A stretch of DNA of 48,638 nucleotides from Octopus bimaculoides (lineage: Eukaryota), in contig NC_068999.1 of NCBI RefSeq assembly GCF_001194135.2, positions 30,654,451 to 30,703,088 on the forward strand. The letters run 5' to 3'. Position numbers and translations under genes: made by a program. Under the pieces are notes generated by a model that ran no database searches, had not been told where the DNA came from, and saw only the letters and a program-made list of their open reading frames with translations. This document shows positions 37,136 to 48,612 of the stretch, one piece after another. The first letter of the stretch is position 1. Each line of letters begins with the position of its first letter.

Positions 37136-37414
37136 AAGTTATACCTAATTTAAATCTTTAATATAAAGAGTCAGTATTGTTGGGTGAGTGTGCACATACT
37201 CACACACAAACATTTTGTCACAGTGGTTCTGTCTGAGTATTAGATAAACAATACTTCAGCAAATATTTGAAATGATTAATGGTGAGAATGAAAGACATCA
37301 GGTGTTGTTAGGTAGCCTTGTTAATTGAGATAATTTTCTCTTAGTGTTAAATTTAATGAATTATATTATCGAACAAAAGCATTTTGTTACCAAACTACTG
37401 CTGCTATCACATAG

Positions 37415-37445
<31 letters not shown>

Positions 37446-37879
37446 AATCATTATAATTAGATTTCAGGCACTGATTAATTAATGCTTAATTAATCATCAT
37501 ACACTTATCTGTTATACTACTTATTTATGGGGGATCAATATAGATGATGGAATGAATTTCCAAAATATTAGTGATCCTTTTCTTTTATATCAGTTTCCAA
37601 TGATTGAGAGCAGTATTGATTCTGGCTGGATTTGAGCTCAAAAATGTAATGTTTGTGTAAAGATACATCTTAAGAAATTTGTTTTGTTTCATTCCACATC
37701 TGTTCAAACAGCATAAATTACATAATATAATGTAATACAGTGTTTTGTATGACAATAAACCACAAAAACTTGTCTACTATATAGTCACATGCTATAAAAG
37801 TTACATAATATGTCGTCTGTGATATATTATTTACATTATTTACATTTCACGGATATTCGTTCTCATCTTGTTTGTTGTT

Positions 37880-37925
37880 AACACAATGTTTCGGCTGATA
37901 TACCCTCCAGCCTTCGTCAGGTGTC
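37880..37925 (-). ncRNA. Minimal type I hammerhead-like motif, left arm
   Basis: gacac-CTGACGA-a-ggctgg agggtata tcagcc-GAAA-catt-gtgtt. The stem III palindrome is decayed (ACAT vs ACGT). Confidence 0.45.
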
Positions 37926-37969
37926 TTGGAGAAATTTCGAACCTGGGTTCTCATTCCTATCGATGTTAC

Positions 37970-38010
<41 letters not shown>

Positions 38011-38073
38011 TATTATTATTATTACTATTATTAATCAGGTCGCTGCCGTGAATCGAATACGCCATATGCCCGT

Positions 38074-38141
38074 GGGCATATGGTGTAGTGGTTAAGAGCG
38101 CGGGCTACTAACCCCAAGGTTCCGAGTTCGATTCACGGCAG
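38074..38141 (+). promoter_or_regulatory. tRNA-derived SINE head with Pol III A and B boxes (not a tRNA gene)
   Basis: A box TGGTGTAGTGG (38081-38091), B box GAGTTCGATTC (38124-38134). The first visible TTTT downstream is at 38674, beyond the hammerhead motif. Confidence 0.7.
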
Positions 38142-38202
38142 NNNNNNNNNNNNNNNNNNNNNNNNNNNNACCTGATTAATAATAGTAATAATAATAATAA
38201 TA

Positions 38203-38237
<35 letters not shown>

Positions 38238-38281
38238 GTAACATCGATAGGAATGAGAACCCAGGTTCGAAATTTCCCCAA

Positions 38282-38327
38282 GACACCTGATGAAGGCTGG
38301 AGGGTATATCAGCCGAAACGTTGTGTT
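38282..38327 (+). ncRNA. Minimal type I hammerhead-like motif, right arm
   Basis: gacac-CTGATGA(38287-38293)-a-ggctgg/tcagcc stem II-GAAA(38315-38318)-cGTT-gtgtt. Stem I is 5 bp, stem III is the palindrome ACGT, and the putative cleavage site follows 38322. Confidence 0.6.
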
Positions 38328-39024
38328 AACAACAAACAAGATGAGGACGAATATCTGTCAAATGTAAATAATGTAAATAATGTAAATAATTCCTCATCTC
38401 TTAAATATAGAACTGTCTGTGATATAGTTAGACAAAAATATCTAACAGTATTTCTATGACTGCTAGTGTTGCCAGTGACTCAATAATGTTGTCATATAAG
38501 CTACACAGTGTTGTTTCCAGTACAGTTACATAATATAGTTTAACATATAGGTTACATAGTGTTGACCACAACATACAACATTGTCTAATATAGTCTTGTT
38601 TATGACACACAGTGTTGTCATACTAGTTATGCTTGGTTGTCTACAATTTATAGAAACCCACTCTTTATACAACTTTTCAAAATGTTAAAAATATAAATAC
38701 TGCTGGAACTGATTTTCTCTTAATTACAAAGTGTTTTCTACTTCAATGGACCTTGCTCCTGAATGCTGTCTGGTGTCATCTGTAAAGTGTTTACCTATCC
38801 TAAGTTCTTCACTAACCACTTTGTCTAGTCTTCCTTGTGACATAAGTTTTTTTGAATTCCCTCCCTGCTTCTGTCTTTCTCACTGTCATTGAGTTTCATG
38901 TGTTTAATATAGTCAACCATGTTGATCTTACTAGTCTGACGGTGTCTCGACAACTTCTTCCTCCAGATCTCGTCAGTTCCATGGGATTTATATCAGGCCA
39001 TAGATATAGCCCTGTCCTCAAGAC

Positions 39025-39261
39025 CAGGGGTTCTCAGCCAGGGTCCATATAAGATTTTGCCATTAAAATTTATCTCCAATAAGTTGCTTATACTTCTACA
39101 ATATACAAAGTAATTTAGCAATTTTTTTATACAATTCCTAATAATACTTAATCATAAAAATATAATATGACTTTTTTTAAACATTCAATGGCTCTGAGGG
39201 TCCATCCAAGTAAGATAGGAATCAAAGGGATCCATAGGTTAAAAATGTTTGAGAAGCACTG
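39025..39261. mobile_element. hAT-type MITE (Charlie-like target)
   Basis: TIRs caggggttctca / tgagaagcactg. The 8-bp flanks ctcaagac / ttctagat resemble the NTCTAGAN target. Confidence 0.7.
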
Positions 39262-39947
39262 TTCTAGATGAAGCTAGTAAAAATTAAAATCAAAAACTCC
39301 AGAAGAGAAAATACATTGTGAAAACTTTTTTTTAAAAAGGAATTAGTTTAATAAATAAATCCAATCATTGCCATTTGGACTATTCTAAGACTGAAAACTA
39401 AAGAACGTTGAAATATCAGCCAATGATTTACTTGAAGAATGAACTAACAGAGTTTAATTCAATTCGTATGACTTCTCAGTTAATTACTTTTGGTTAATGA
39501 ACCCGAGTAAACAATGACTGCCTTACTGTGTTCAGTCTAATCTCATTGAAATAGCTTCCAACATTGTTTGTATTGATCTCAATGAGATTAGTTGATTAGC
39601 AACCCATTTTTTTTTACCCTAGGAATCAATTAAAATGAGGAGAGCTCATACAACACTTCATTAAAGCTTCCCAAATATAACTGTGTACTCTCAAAGAAAA
39701 ATTCCCTCAAGGATAGTATTCATTTGTATTATTATGATAAAATAGATTAAAAAGATAGCAACAAATGATTACTATTATTATTGCAAGATGTGACTTTGTG
39801 TCAATACTGGAAATAACTATTATTACAACTATTAATATTATTAATATCACTTTTCATTTTATTCCTTATCATCATCATTATTATTATTATTATTATTATT
39901 ATTGTTGTTGTTGTTGTTGTTGTTATCATCATTATTATTATTCTCAT

Positions 39948-40524
39948 TATCATCTTTCAATTCTCTTTCCATTTCTTTCTGAGTGTCTTCCTGACACCTA
40001 GGACAGAGAAATGCACTGTATACATTGGTAGGCCATTTATAAAATCAGGTGATAGAGAAAAAGAAGAAGAAAGACAGTGAGAAAAAATAAAAAAATAAAA
40101 AAGCAAACAATGAAAACGAAGGGGAAAGGGAAAGAAAATTCACAGCGATAATACTCTTCTCAGTGCGTGTGACATACCAGCTAAGAGAATCTTTTGCACG
40201 TCCTGTATGGATGGTACGCCAGGGATCATTCTTAAATAATTTCAGTTCCTTTTTTGATAATTCCAAGTGCTCCTACAATCACTGGTATTGTAACTGTCTT
40301 GAGATGCCACATCTTTTCAATTTCAATTAGAAAATCTTTATATTTTCTGAGCTTTTCAAATTCTTTTGCTGAGACATCATGGCCACAGGGTATGCCCATG
40401 TCAATCAATAAGCAGACTTTATTGCTTTTGGTCTTTCATAACAATATCAGGTTTGTTTGCTTTGATGGTCTGGTCTGTTCATACTGGGAAATCCCCAAAA
40501 ATAGTTACATTTTCTCCCTTTCAG
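39948..40524 (-). mobile_element. 3' fragment of an R4/Dong-like RLE LINE ending in a (TAA)n-type tract
   Basis: Homologous to 41644-42300: LLIDMGIP..D...KEFEKLRKYKDFLIEIEKMWHLKTVTIPVIVGALGII, with a shared 3' UTR. Confidence 0.8.
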
Positions 40525-40590
40525 TTGAGCACTGGGGTCATTGTAATTGATTAGCCTCCTCCCACTAAACTTCAGCCTTGTGCCTATAGT
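40525..40590 (+). mobile_element. 3' end of SINE family A followed by (ATC/ATT)n
   Basis: gcactggggtcattgtaattgattag...cagccttgtgcctatagtaaaaagga. Confidence 0.6.
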
Positions 40591-40610
40591 AAAAAGGATC
40601 ATCATCATCG

Positions 40611-40659
<49 letters not shown>

Positions 40660-40662
<3 letters not shown>

Positions 40663-41470
40663 GTAAGGTGCCACACAGTATTCAATATTGTGATGCTGTA
40701 GATTGAAGATACTGGGGATTTGTATTGTCTGTAAGTCACAATGAGAACCCCAGACAGATAGCAATTTACATAGTATGCATGTAGTTCCAAGGAAAGCCAA
40801 TTTTGCAATACACCAAGATTGTAGGGTGTTTATAAAGTGTTCAAATGTTTTCTCAGGATCAGATATTTCTAAAGTGCCCAGAAGTTTCCTCTGAACCGAG
40901 TGCTCTAATGACAACAGGAATAACCTTTATGTTTGACTCATGCAGCTGCCACATCTTAGCGAGCTCAGTTTTCAGATCACCATATTTGTCAACCTTTTCT
41001 CTTTCTTTCATGATATGTTGATCTGGCACTGCCACATCGATTATTAGGCAATCTGCTTGTCCTTCCTAAAGGCTACATTATCTGGTCTTCAGTGTTCTAA
41101 TACCTTGTTTGTCTGAAAGTTAAAGTTCCAGAGGATCTTTGCCTTTCTATTTTCGTCCATTACCTTTTCCAGTGGATGTTGGTCTCAAACACCCATTACC
41201 TAATATCCATACTTCTAGCATAGTAACCAGTGATGGTTTTGGGCTGCCACCTTATGTCTGCACTTTACTGTTTCTGTGCAATGTGAGTTACACTTTTGAT
41301 CTTCTTGCCACACATTCAGCAGAGGTTTGTTGTACTTGTGTGGTATATATCCCTTTGCACTGAGTTGGTATTCAATGCCTGGTCCTGGACAGTGATGATT
41401 AAGCTTTCAGTTGTCTTTTTAAGGTCAGCTTTGCTGAGCTACCTCCAAGATGCTTCCTAGTCTTTTAAGT
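40660..41470 (-). mobile_element. Older, distinct R4/Dong-like RLE LINE 3' fragment
   Basis: Frameshifted LKKTTESLIITVQDQALNTNSVQRDIYHTSTTNLC..CGKKIKSVTHI...VIPVVIRALGS. Its 3' end abuts (ATT)n at ~40610-40660. Confidence 0.65.
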
Positions 41471-41643
41471 TGTTAGTTTCATGGTGGAACTGATCATGGG
41501 GAGTAGTACTTCTTCTCTCTCATTGGCTATTTGTATTTGAAATTCATTAGCACTCTCAACTCCATTGTTGGTAAATCCTTCTGCATTAGCAGTATACTGT
41601 AGCAGTATATTGTATCATTATCATCATTATTATTATTTTCATT

Positions 41644-42727
41644 ATCATCTTTCAATTCTGTTTCCATTTCTTGCCAAGTGTCTTTCTGACACCTAGGGTA
41701 GAGAAAAGTAATGTAAACATTGGTAAGCCATTAAAATAGACACACTAGATTGTTCATTTACAAAGTCATGTGATAGAGAAAAAGAGGAAGACAGAGAAAC
41801 AAATAAAAGAATAAAAAATAAAAAGTAAACAAATAAAATAAATGGAGGAAAAAAGGAAAGAAAATTCACAGCGACAATGCTCTTCTCAATACCTGTGATG
41901 TACCAGTTAAGACAATCTTTTACACTTCTTGCATGGATGGTAAGCCAGGGATCATTCTTAAATAATGTTCAGTTTCTTTCTTGATCATTCCAAGTGCTCC
42001 TACTATCACTGGTATTGTAACCGTTTTGAGATGCCACATCTTTTGGATTTCGATTAGCAAATCTTTATATTTTCTGAGCTTTTCAAATTCTTTTGCTGAG
42101 ATATGGTCACAGGGTATGCTCATGTCAATCAATAAGGAGACTTTACAGTTTAGGTCTTTCACAACAATATCCAGTTTATTTACTTTGATGGTCCAGTTTG
42201 CACATACTGGGAAGTCCCAAAAAATAGTTACATTTTCTCCCTCAGTTACAGCCTCAGGGTGGGTCTTATACCATTTATCAGTAGTTTTGATTTTATAGTA
42301 TTGAAACATTGTCCAATTTAGATATTGGCCAACTCTGCCATACCTTGATTTGTACTCTACAGGTGCTAAAACTTTACATCCAGAGATTAGGTAGTCCACT
42401 GTTTCTATCCCATTGTTGCAGTATTGGTACTTTGGGTCTACACCATTTTTCATCACATTGGCTTCATAGTTCCGGGTCAATAAGCTCTAATCTTGGGCAG
42501 CCAAGATAAAGCCTACACTCTCTGCCTTTAGCCCTGAGCTCTGTAGCCAGAGATGAGTGTGCTTCTGGTCTACATCTGCTTGTTTGCTACTGGCCACATA
42601 TTTGCCATGCAAAGGTTTTGTTCCCACCTATCAGCTTTTTGCTTTGCTATTGATTTAACCTTTTTTGCAACTACAGTTGCTGCACTTCCATCATGCTGTT
42701 CAACTTGGGTATTATGCATAAACTCAC
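41644..42727 (-). mobile_element. 3' ~1.1 kb of an R4/Dong-like RLE LINE
   Basis: WLQSSGLKAESVGFILAAQD*, ETVDYLISGCKVLAPVEYKSR, IFWDFPV...NKLDIVVKD...LLIDMSIPCD..SAKEFEKLRKYKDL...VTIPVIVGALG. Trinucleotide (TAA)-type tracts lie at both ends. Confidence 0.88.
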
Positions 42728-42748
42728 ATTATTATTATTATTATTATT

Positions 42749-43306
42749 GAGTGAGAGAGCAGTGCATGCTGTCAAAGTGACACTGGGGTACAATTATATA
42801 TCGCCCAATATACCTATCATGACTACCCATCTGATAAGGGTACACCAGGTACATGCATCACAACCACATGTACACAACATGGTAATCTTATATCAAGATA
42901 AACAGCACATGACCTTGCAGGTGGGGGCCCAGTTAGAATTTTCTTCAGGTGGAGTAGCCCATCCTGCTCAAAAGGTCCCTGAATAAGGTTTGCTTAAGGA
43001 TGATGATCAAAACACCCATGTTTTCAGAGGTAAATTAGTCAAACCCCAAAGAATTCCTCTCAACACATGGCTATGATGCTCCCCAACTACTTCTGCTCAT
43101 GATCAGAGATGCACATATCGTCAGCCACCAAGGGACATGCTCAATTGGTTAAGGTCAAACAACTGACAAACAAATCTGTGGTATTGAGCAGAATATTTGC
43201 TGTAGCCCATCTTTTATACCGAGACAAAACAATGTACATGATAACACTTCCAATCAGTTAAAATCAGAAGCCATGAAAGCCACTGCCTGGTACTACACCA
43301 TTGCAT
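42749..43306. repeat. ~560-bp interspersed repeat embedded between two (ATT)n tracts
   Basis: Unique-looking block bounded by (att)n at 42728-42748 and 43307-43365. Recognised from memory as a common octopus repeat; class unassigned. Confidence 0.45.
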
Positions 43307-43322
43307 TTATTATTATTATTAC

Positions 43323-43365
<43 letters not shown>

Positions 43366-43367
<2 letters not shown>

Positions 43368-43573
43368 GGCTGAGAGAGTCAACAGCGTGTTGGGCAACAT
43401 GCTCAGTGGCATTTCTTTTAATTCTTTACATTCTAAATTCAAATTCTGCTGAAATCAACTTTGTCTTCTATCCCTTTAGAGTTGATGAAATAAGTACCAG
43501 TTAAGCACTGGGGTTAATGTAATTGACTAATTTCTTCCAACCAAACTTGCTAGCCTTGTGCCAAAATTTGAAC
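43366..43573 (+). mobile_element. Full-length decayed SINE, family A, inside (ATT)n
   Basis: Reverse complement of 1-205; (att)n on both sides. Confidence 0.75.
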
Positions 43574-44248
43574 TATTATTATTATTATCACTGTATTTGA
43601 CTCTTGTAGTGTGAAGATGTTTTTTTTCCTTTCTTTTTGTGAGATACGTTCTGTTGAAGCATTGCTAAACGAAATTTTGTTTGGAGTACTTGTAAAAAGA
43701 ACTATAATTGCCTGAGGAGGGGTTTGCCCTCAATACTAGCTTGTAGACAAGAGAAAAAAGAGTTTTTTTTCATAAACTTTGAAAATCTTATTTACACAAA
43801 TTACATTTCCACATCCAAAATGGCTAGCACATGTAATTATGCTTATACATCAAAGTATCACAATGGCTTAAAGACCCCCAACAAAATCAAAACACACAAC
43901 TAAATGTAAAAGAAGAAAATGAACACTAGTGAAACTTTAATGGCGAAGAAAATGTCCTAATACTTAAATAAGTATTTTAGAAGACAGCAACAACAGTAGC
44001 AATTACACACTTCCAAATACTATGGTCCATTCACATAGCAGCTACGTGAAAAAAATTTTCCTTGACACTAATGAACAGACAGAAATTTTGGACCTCTCAC
44101 AGTTACGAGAAAAAAGTGTCGATGGGAGAATTTTGTAAACACCAATAGCATTGAGGTCAATGTAATAAACTAAAATCTTTATTCTTGATAGCTAAACTAA
44201 TCCCTTCCACTGCCAAAATTTCAGGTTTTGTGCCTTTAGTAGAAAGGA

Positions 44249-44279
<31 letters not shown>

Positions 44280-44689
44280 CATTATTATTATTTTACTTAT
44301 CAGAACTTACTTGCTCTGGTTGATTTTGTGAGAGTGGACAGCAACCAGTTATCAGAGGTCTCACAGGGTCTCATTCCACAAATTTGTTGTTGTTATTAGT
44401 AGTAGCAGCAGTATAATTCCTTCTGCTATTATTATTACTAATGCTTCATTGAAATATTGCATATCAGTGATGTATTGGGTTCAATATATTTTAAATAAAT
44501 GCTATGTTATTTCAGTAAGGAACATATAGTTATGTTATTTAAAACCTGTGTCTTTCACATATAAATAATTAAAAAGAAATATTAATATAGATTCTTAGGT
44601 GTGAGAATTAAAAATTATGCAACTCCAATCCCCTTTTAAAGAACATTGGTGACAAAAGGGAAAATGAAATAACAACAACCTGGAAGTAA

Positions 44690-44970
44690 AATTTGGTCAT
44701 AGGCTTAATGTGGTGCTTGAATCAGATCAAAAGCTTAATTTGTAGTGTAAATCATGATGTGGACTCAACTTGCTACTAAATCAGGTGATGTGCTCAGTAT
44801 AGAACCAAAATCAGGTGACATGTTCACTATAATAGCAAACTCATGTGACATGCTCAGTAGATATGTTTGCTGTTAAATGAATATCATGTGACTTGTTCAA
44901 TGCAGAGAAAATTCTCAGTGGAGAACCAAAATCATGTGACATGCTCAATGTGGAACCAAAATCAGGTAGC
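44690..44970. repeat. Degenerate 30-bp minisatellite
   Basis: tca(g/t)gtga cores at 44781, 44811, 44841, 44884, 44932, plus a partial core (tcaggta) at 44962. Confidence 0.75.
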
Positions 44971-46143
44971 ATTTAGACTCTATAAAAAAATTTATGACAA
45001 GTATTTCCATGATTGTTTTCTGCAATTGTATCAAAAGCTTAAATAATTAAAGAAATGAGTTTTCTCATTAAAGAGAAAGAATTTGATATAATGTAATCAA
45101 TAAAAACAATAGGGACACATATAGTGATGTAGAATTTTTGACTGACTGAAAGAAGAAAGCTCATATAGTTTGATGCACACTTGTTTAGTCAAGTACTGAA
45201 GATGATGATGTTGGTTTGCATGGATGGTTGCCTTGAGAAAATAAAGTGAAGTAAAAAGTAGAAAAATAAATATGATTATGAAAAAGGTTTAAGAATTAGG
45301 TTCTCATAAGAAATAAAAATTATAGGATACACATGTCAGAATTGAGATGATATATAGCAGTGAAATATGAGTGATAAAATCAGAAAGGCAGAAGTGATTG
45401 GAAATAAAATGGTAACTGAATGTATATTTAAACATGAAAGATGAGTTAAGAAAAAGTAAAGTGAAAAAGTAGTAGAGACATACATTGAAGATAAAGAGCA
45501 GCAGTGAGATGGAGGGAGGTGGAGCAAGGCTGATAACAAGAAATTTGTTCCAAGTTTACTTTGGAATAGTCAGTTATACTGGATATTAGTTAGGGTCATA
45601 TAGAGATTATGTAGGATCAAGGCATTAAGACAGGCTAGAAGAGTTGATATTCAACTGACATCATCATGTTACTGAAAACTTGGTTTTGAATTTGATTTTT
45701 CAGCTTTTGAGGGAAACATCTGTTAATTTTCAGCCAGAATCTTTCTTTAACTCTGTTTATTACTCAATGAGTAAAAATATTTGTTTAAAATACCAGAATA
45801 TAAAGAAGACATTGCAAATAAGAGGTGTTAATTAACTTTACAAATTAATTCATATGGAAAATATTCTCATGTAACTAATACATTAACAAATATTCTGATC
45901 TTTGGATATAACATGCAACAATATTCTATTTAAATCATGTAGTATAACATGTAAAAAATATTGTATGTAGTACAACGTATAACGTATTTAAATCATGGAA
46001 TGCAACATTTAAAAATACTCTGTTTAACACAGATATGAAGGTGTATATGTTGCCGTTGCTGTTTAACCTAGGTTAACCTTGATCCACCTGACTTCACACT
46101 GAAAAGTCACTAATTTCAGATGATAGTACAGATGGAAGAAAAT

Positions 46144-46325
46144 TCATCATTTAACGTCTGTTGTCCATGCTGGCATGGACTGGATGGTTTGATTTGGCAT
46201 GGATTTTACGGCTGGATGCCCTTCCTAATGCCAATCACTTTGCAGAGTGTGCTGGGTGCTTTTATGTGTGATGCTGCATAAACACTTTTACATGGCACCA
46301 CATGGGTGCTTTTACATGGCACTGC
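46144..46325 (-). mobile_element. Retroposon family C copy
   Basis: catcatttaacgtctgttgtccatgctggcatgg...ggctggatgcccttcctaatgccaa. Confidence 0.7.
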
Positions 46326-46901
46326 TTTTATTTTGTTAAAGTTTGGTATCTTTTTGGACAGAACTGTATACCTAATGATATATTGTCCTGTTTTACTTTT
46401 TTAAGATACTAGGATGTGATTTGGGGGATATTTTGGCAGCTGTCTCAAGGAGAGGTGAATGACCACATATAGGTTTCTTTGTTGACTCATGGCTACTTAC
46501 TGGGAGACTGTAGGTTTGGTAGCTGCCAATCTAGATTCTTAGATGACTGATGTCAGGTTATTATAGTCAACGACTGTGTCTTAGAAACTGATGTTATGAC
46601 ATTTACATACTAGATTATGTATATTGTGTAGAGGTGAAGAAGGGTTAAACTGTCTGGTGTAGAAGGGTTAAACTGTCTGGGAGACAAGTCAGATCACTGT
46701 GGTACACCTATTGATAAACTAGATTGTAGATGTGTTGCTATTGCATAGTACAGAAACTAGACAATGTGAGAAACTGTTCAGTATTTTGTCTTCTCTAAGT
46801 GGGTAGCATAGAAAAGCTTTAGCAACACTGATGGTAGTTACATGTAGAATACTTAAATACTTAATGTGGCTGTTTGATCTCGAGACAAGTAAAATTTAGA
46901 G

Positions 46902-47079
46902 CGGTCATGGTCAACCTGTGACCCATAGTTTGCATGCGGACTGTGGGACTTTCTGCATAGCATGCCTAACAAAATTTACATGAATTGTTTTTTTTAGTAG
47001 TGCAGCCCCCACTGATGATAAGCCATGTCTCACATGGCCTGATTGTAGCCTGCTTCTTGGAAAAAGTTGCCCATGTCTG
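46902..47079. mobile_element. hAT-type MITE with 8-bp TSD
   Basis: TIRs cggtcatggtcaac / gttgcccatgtctg. Flanks atttagag (46894-46901) and atttaaag (47080-47087) match at 7 of 8. Confidence 0.75.
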
Positions 47080-47580
47080 ATTTAAAGTATAAATATCTCT
47101 GAATAAGGAGACTAAAATATTAAAACATGATTGCCTGTATTTTAGTAAATTTGATATTCAATTAATAGAATCTGTTGATTGATAACTAATTTATGATAAC
47201 CAGGGTTATAACAGCAGTTCTTATCAAAAATATAGTTTAATCATTTCATCATTAATTCAACATAAATTTGACACATAATTCTTCTAACATAAGGAATGCT
47301 GATGTTTAGTCACACCAACCCAAAGCTTGGATGTGCTGCTAATATAAACAAACATTTTTGTTAAAGACAAACAAAAAATTTTATTTTCTCATTTCTGATA
47401 ATCACAGTGAACAGGTGGAGTTTGTCAATTAGCTGCAGGTTATATTGTTTCTTTTTAATTTTTAAAGTTTTCTTTCTACTCATTTTTATTTTATCAAAAG
47501 ATCTTCAATAAAAATATTTAAACAAGCAGAAAAATAATTACATAAAAAAAAACGAACAAAAAAAAAAACAGAATAATGGT

Positions 47581-47760
47581 AGCAAAGCTGCATGGCTAAG
47601 AAGATTGCTTTGTAACCACATGGTTATGGATTTGATCTTGCTGTGGGGAATTTAGGGTGACTTCTTCTATGGTCTCAGGTTGATTAATGCCTCTTGAGTG
47701 CAATTTGGTTTACAGAAACTGTGTAGAACCCTGTTTTGTGTGTGTGTATGTATGTGTGTG
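47581..47760 (+). mobile_element. 5' part of SINE family B
   Basis: gctgcatggctaagaagattgctttgtaaccacatgg...gagtgcaatttggtttacagaaactg, followed by a TG tract. Confidence 0.6.
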
Positions 47761-47817
47761 TGTGTTCAATTTGTTTTGTATAATACTGAGCATACACATT
47801 GACGTTAACATGTATGT

Positions 47818-47862
<45 letters not shown>

Positions 47863-47931
47863 AGCAATAATAAAACACTGAGTGAGATATAAACAGTAGC
47901 AGCACAACATCATGAAGTATATTTGTCACAT

Positions 47932-48480
47932 AAATATGGCTGACCCATATTAGACAACGCTACTGTAGTTTATAGTTCCAGGAAGATATCTCCTCCAGCT
48001 GAAATTCATTGTAAATATATCATCCCAAATTTTTAACTGCTTATTGGAAATGAACTCATGATTTTTATGTTTGTAATGTCCGGTGCTGTCCTGTCTATGT
48101 TCGATCACATGATCATAATAAAGAATTCATCCCTAGCGAGTGATTGTTATGCACTGATGACAGGCTACTACTCAGAAACCTGGGTCCATGTGTATCACAT
48201 TAGGCTAGAGATGGGAACGATGATTTCCCTTTGCAAATACTGATAAGGCACAGACAGTGTATCATTAGCCAGCTGGAGGAGATATCTTCCTGAGGCTATA
48301 AACTACAGTAACATCGTCCCATATGGATCAGCCACATTTTATTTTCTCATGTTCCTTTCTGTTGAAAAGAGTAGGCTTGAAATGTAAAAGACTTTCTCAC
48401 CTTCCTGAGCATTAAACTAATACACCTGTTTGTTGTTTACACACCTGTCTTCGTCTTTGTTTTTTTGTAAATTCCAACTA
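47932..48480 (+). mobile_element. Element with 70-bp inverted arms and a 3' extension carrying a decayed hammerhead-like motif, ending at a TA-rich microsatellite
   Basis: Arms 47932-48001 and 48270-48339 (cagctggaggagatatcttcctg...). The extension contains cttt-CTGTTGA-a-aagagtaggctt-GAAA-tgta-aaag (48355-48390). Confidence 0.55.
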
Positions 48481-48561
48481 TATACATACATACATATATA
48501 TATATGCATATATATATATAGATACATATATATAAATACATACATAAATATATATATATAC

Positions 48562-48612
<51 letters not shown>

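Larger units (their letters stand above)
37815..38426. mobile_element. Head-to-head inverted pair of tRNA-headed, hammerhead-bearing SINE-like units flanked by a 12-bp direct repeat
   Basis: gtctgtgatata at 37815-37826 and 38415-38426. Left arm 37827-38071 (minus), centre gt, right arm 38074-38414 (plus). A 28-N gap lies at 38142-38169. Confidence 0.8.

Noticed and set aside
38074-38141. Functional tRNA gene
   Set aside because: The acceptor and anticodon stems do not pair and there is no TTTT after the 3' end. It continues into a repeat body, so it is a SINE head.
43301-43504. Poly-Leu signal-peptide-like ORF, and similar poly-Ile/Tyr ORFs at 37847-38339 and 39765-40914
   Set aside because: These are (ATT)n microsatellite translations running into SINEs.
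43706-43750. CTGAGGA + GGG/CCC hairpin resembling a Penelope pLTR hammerhead
   Set aside because: GAAA is replaced by AATA, stem I is poor, and the downstream ORF is too decayed to support a Penelope call.
48148-48194. CTGATGA...GAAAC CTGG GTC hammerhead-like string
   Set aside because: There is no credible stem II, and stem I needs a 2-nt insertion after the cleavage triplet. Worth rechecking only against a family consensus.
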